From Sphingomonadaceae bacterium (GTDB taxonomy: Bacteria; Pseudomonadota; Alphaproteobacteria; Sphingomonadales; Sphingomonadaceae): 40,619 nucleotides of DNA. The notes under the pieces are model-generated. The model was not told where the DNA came from, did no database searches, and was given only the letters and a program-made list of their open reading frames with translations. The DNA lies in assembly GCA_009923795.1 (NCBI GenBank), contig RFSU01000001.1:1-40619 (forward strand), read 5' to 3'. A program made the position numbers and the translations under genes. Below are positions 37,519 through 40,619 of this stretch, one piece after another. Each line of letters starts with the position of its first letter. The first letter of the stretch is position 1.

Positions 37519-38174
37519 TAGCGAGTGGCGTTATACTGAAGCTGCGCGTCGCTCAGCTGAAAACCAACCAGAAGTTCAAAACTCGCCTTTTGCACGGCCG
37601 CGCGCACATCCGGGTTGGCCAAGGGATCAACTGCGGCATCCGCATCGCCCGCTTTGCGCTTGCGCGTCAAACGCTGTTCAATTTCCGGGGGCAGAGTGGC
37701 GGCCGCCCGGTTCACATATCCTGTCGCCGAGCCAGATGCTTCAGCGCGTGTCTGGCCATCGGCGAAATTGAGCCGGATCGTCCCCAAGCGTTTGGACACA
37801 ACAACGCGGCCGCCCTGAACCACTGTTGCGAAATAGGGCAGATCAACTTGCCGCGCGCCTTTGCTCGCTCGTCGAGTCGCGCGGACATCAAATGTTGCAT
37901 TGGCAACAATATCAGCACCCTGTTGCGCGCAAGTTTCCCGCAAATTGGTGATCGCGGCCACGACATCAATCGCGCTGGCATCCCGCGCCTCTGCCGGATC
38001 AAAAACGGTAATGTCACCTGTATAGGCCGGAATAGCGACCGCCGGGCACGCCGAGCGCGTGACAGAAATACCGCCAGTTGCGTCAATATCCCCATCCTTT
38101 GCACAGCCCGCCAACAGAACAGAGGCAAGGCCAAGCGTGGCAAGAGCGGGCAAACGGGGAAAATTACGCAGCAT
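37518..38174 (-). CDS. Hypothetical lipoprotein
   Basis: Lipobox [20 protein letters not shown], and C-terminal FELLVGFQL. Divergent from ispH. Confidence 0.78.
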   Translation of the reverse strand: MLRNFPRLPALATLGLASVLLAGCAKDGDIDATGGISVTRSACPAVAIPAYTGDITVFDPAEARDASAIDVVAAITNLRETCAQQGADIVANATFDVRATRRASKGARQVDLPYFATVVQGGRVVVSKRLGTIRLNFADGQTRAEASGSATGYVNRAAATLPPEIEQRLTRKRKAGDADAAVDPLANPDVRAAVQKASFELLVGFQLSDAQLQYNATR

Positions 38175-38259
38175 GGTCAAGGGATTCCTCAAAGATCAGA
38201 GGTGCGGTATAGGAAGCGGCTTTCCCGGCTGCAAGCAATCGCGTAGGGGCAAAATTAAG

Positions 38260-39207
38260 ATGAGTGAGACAAAACCACCCTTACGCCTGCTGATTGCCGC
38301 CCCGCGCGGCTTTTGTGCCGGCGTTGATCGCGCCATTTTGATCGTCGAAAAGGCGATCGAGCAATATGGCGCACCCGTTTATGTCCGGCATGAGATTGTG
38401 CATAACCGCTTTGTTGTGGACAGTTTGAAGGCCAAGGGCGCCGTTTTTGTTGAGGAGCTGGATGACGTCCCTGATGGGGTTCCCGTTGTCTTTTCAGCGC
38501 ATGGCGTGCCAAAGCTGATCCCTGCAACCGCCGACGCGCGCGGAATGAATTGGCTTGATGCGACCTGCCCCCTTGTTTCGAAGGTGCATCGGCAAGCCGA
38601 GCGTCTGGTTGAACAGAATAAACATATCATCTTTATCGGCCATGCTGGCCACCCAGAGGTCATTGGCACTTTTGGGCAAGTGCCCGATGGCTCCATGACG
38701 TTGATCGAAGATGTGGCCGATGTGGCCGAGCTTCCCGACATGGACGCCGCCCAGCTTGGCTTTCTGACACAGACGACATTGTCGGTTGATGATACAGCCG
38801 CCATTGTCGACGCGCTCAAAGCCCGCTTCCCCGGCATTCAGGGGCCAAAGGGCGAAGATATCTGCTATGCAACGAGCAACCGGCAAGAAGCCGTGAAAGC
38901 GATTTGTGTGCAGGCGGATAAGTTGATCGTGATCGGTGCCCCAAATTCGTCAAACTCCCAGCGTCTGGCCGAAGTGGGCGAACGCCTGGGCGTGCCCGCG
39001 CGGCTTGTGCAGCGGGGACATGATTTGGATTTTGATTGGCTTGGTACCCCGGCCACGCTTGGCCTGACCGCCGGGGCCTCAGCGCCCGAACTGCTTGTCC
39101 GCGAAGTGGTTGACTGCCTGCGAGAACGCTTTGTTGTGACCGAGGAGCAGGTGAAAACAGCGGAAGAAGACATGGTCTTCAAACTTCCTCGCAAGCTGAC
39201 GGAATAA
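38260..39207 (+). CDS. ispH: 4-hydroxy-3-methylbut-2-enyl diphosphate reductase
   Basis: Motifs [38 protein letters not shown] and TAGASAPE. Confidence 0.97.
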   Translation: MSETKPPLRLLIAAPRGFCAGVDRAILIVEKAIEQYGAPVYVRHEIVHNRFVVDSLKAKGAVFVEELDDVPDGVPVVFSAHGVPKLIPATADARGMNWLDATCPLVSKVHRQAERLVEQNKHIIFIGHAGHPEVIGTFGQVPDGSMTLIEDVADVAELPDMDAAQLGFLTQTTLSVDDTAAIVDALKARFPGIQGPKGEDICYATSNRQEAVKAICVQADKLIVIGAPNSSNSQRLAEVGERLGVPARLVQRGHDLDFDWLGTPATLGLTAGASAPELLVREVVDCLRERFVVTEEQVKTAEEDMVFKLPRKLTE

Positions 39208-39208
39208 A

Positions 39209-40147
39209 ATGGCCGTCTATACCCATATCGCTGCCGAGGACATGGCAGAGTATGTGCGCGCCTTTGACGCGGGCGAACTCCGCTCTGCCAAAGGGATCGC
39301 CGAAGGGGTTGAGAACAGCAATTATCTGGTTGAGACAGACAAGGGCAGGTTCATCTTCACCGTTTATGAAAAACGTGTCGATATCAATGACTTGCCATTC
39401 TTTCTTGGGATGATCGATCATCTTGTGGCGCGCGGATGTCCGGTGCCAGCGGCGCTCAAGACGCGCGATGGCAGCGGCACAATCATCCGTCAGGGAAAAT
39501 CCATGGCGATGATGGCCTTTATGCCCGGCCTCTCCGTCTCGCACCCCACGCCCGCACAGGCGCTGTCAACGGGCAAGGTCTTGGGTCAACTTCATCAGGC
39601 GCTGGCAGACTTCCCGCTTGATCGCGCCAACACGCTTGGCCCAGAGGGCTGGTATGATCTGGCCGAGCGGTGCGGTGATGATCTTGATAAAATCCAGCCC
39701 GGCCTCAAGGCGCGGGTGGAAGCAGAATGCGCATTTATACGTACAAACTGGCCCAAAGACCTTGCGCGCAGCGTGATCCATGCAGACCTATTTCCAGACA
39801 ATGTCTTAATGTCGGGGGATCAGGTCTGTGCGGTCATTGATTTCTACTTTGCCTGCACGGAAATCCGCGCGTGGGATCTTGCCGTCACGCACAGCTCTTG
39901 GAGCTTCGATAGCGCCCGCAACATCTATGTGCCCGCCGTCGGGGATGCGCTGATTGCGGGTTATGAAGCCAGCTTTGGCCTGACCGAAGCTGAACGGTTG
40001 GCTTTTCCCATATTGGCGCGCGGGGCGTGCCTGCGCTTTCTTCTGACGCGCGCATGGGATTGGCTCAACACCCCGGCCGATGCGCTTGTGACGCGCAAAG
40101 ACCCGCTCGCCTATCTGGCACGACTGGAGCATTACGCCCGACCGTGA
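39209..40147 (+). CDS. thrB: Homoserine kinase, type II (APH-like)
   Basis: Motifs [38 protein letters not shown] and KDP. Confidence 0.95.
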   Translation: MAVYTHIAAEDMAEYVRAFDAGELRSAKGIAEGVENSNYLVETDKGRFIFTVYEKRVDINDLPFFLGMIDHLVARGCPVPAALKTRDGSGTIIRQGKSMAMMAFMPGLSVSHPTPAQALSTGKVLGQLHQALADFPLDRANTLGPEGWYDLAERCGDDLDKIQPGLKARVEAECAFIRTNWPKDLARSVIHADLFPDNVLMSGDQVCAVIDFYFACTEIRAWDLAVTHSSWSFDSARNIYVPAVGDALIAGYEASFGLTEAERLAFPILARGACLRFLLTRAWDWLNTPADALVTRKDPLAYLARLEHYARP

Positions 40148-40593
40148 GTGAGCTTCCGCTTGTCAAAATCGCCACAGATGGCGCCTGCAAAGGCAATCCC
40201 GGCCCCGGCGGCTGGGGGGTCTTGATGCGCTTTAATGGCGTGGAGAAGGAATTATCCGGCAGCGATCCTGCGACCACCAATAACCGAATGGAGTTGATGG
40301 CCGCCATTCAGGGCCTGAAGGCGCTGAACCGACCTTGCCATGTCGTTCTGGAAACCGACAGCGCCTATGTGCGCGACGGCATCACCAAATGGATCCATGG
40401 TTGGCAGCGCAATGGCTGGCGCACCGCCGATAAAAAACCGGTCAAAAACGGAGATCTTTGGCAGGAATTATTGGCGGCCAGCAAAGCACATACAATCGAC
40501 TGGCGCTGGGTGAAGGGCCATTCGGGCGACCCCGATAATGAACGCGCCGATCAATTGGCGAGCAATGCCGCCCTGCTGGAAAGCGTCAGCTAA
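40144..40593 (+). CDS. rnhA: Ribonuclease HI
   Basis: [26 protein letters not shown] and WVKGHSG..NERAD. The GTG start overlaps the thrB stop (GTGA). Confidence 0.96.
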   Translation: MSELPLVKIATDGACKGNPGPGGWGVLMRFNGVEKELSGSDPATTNNRMELMAAIQGLKALNRPCHVVLETDSAYVRDGITKWIHGWQRNGWRTADKKPVKNGDLWQELLAASKAHTIDWRWVKGHSGDPDNERADQLASNAALLESVS

Positions 40594-40619
40594 ACCGCAC
40601 TGGTCGATAAGGCGCGGGA

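Noticed and set aside
37188-38246. 352-aa plus-strand ORF
   Set aside because: Antisense to the MOSC and lipoprotein genes, which have clear motifs and a TAATG coupling.

Overview
This window is a compact, GC-rich alphaproteobacterial chromosome segment. Gene content and order suggest Sphingomonadales, which is an inference. It holds about 43 mostly housekeeping CDSs: ung, argB, a queuosine-precursor transporter, hbd, gluQ, an HNH nuclease, panB-yfgM-bamB-der, a PAP2/AUR1-like lipid phosphotransferase, glpQ, guaA, two secreted peptidases, a 3TM holin, nupC, proS, gcvT-H-PA-PB under a tandem glycine riboswitch, and ispH-thrB-rnhA. The clearest accessory element is a ~2.4 kb AT-richer arsR-arsC-acr3 islet integrated at the guaA 3' end. 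It is bounded by an 18-bp duplication (13525-13542 and 15934-15951) whose three mismatches are all synonymous, and it encodes no integrase. Other signals worth following up are: a long hairpin that buries the RBS and start codon of an orphan holin; an NrdR-box-like site before the HNH nuclease; Pho-box-like sites flanking the PAP2/glpQ lipid pair; a nested-palindrome REP/MITE-like element; a DUF938 methyltransferase coupled to the gcv operon; and an EcfG-type promoter before a small ORF. I saw no tRNA, rRNA, CRISPR array, transposase or integrase. All calls come from reading motifs by eye; no database search was run.
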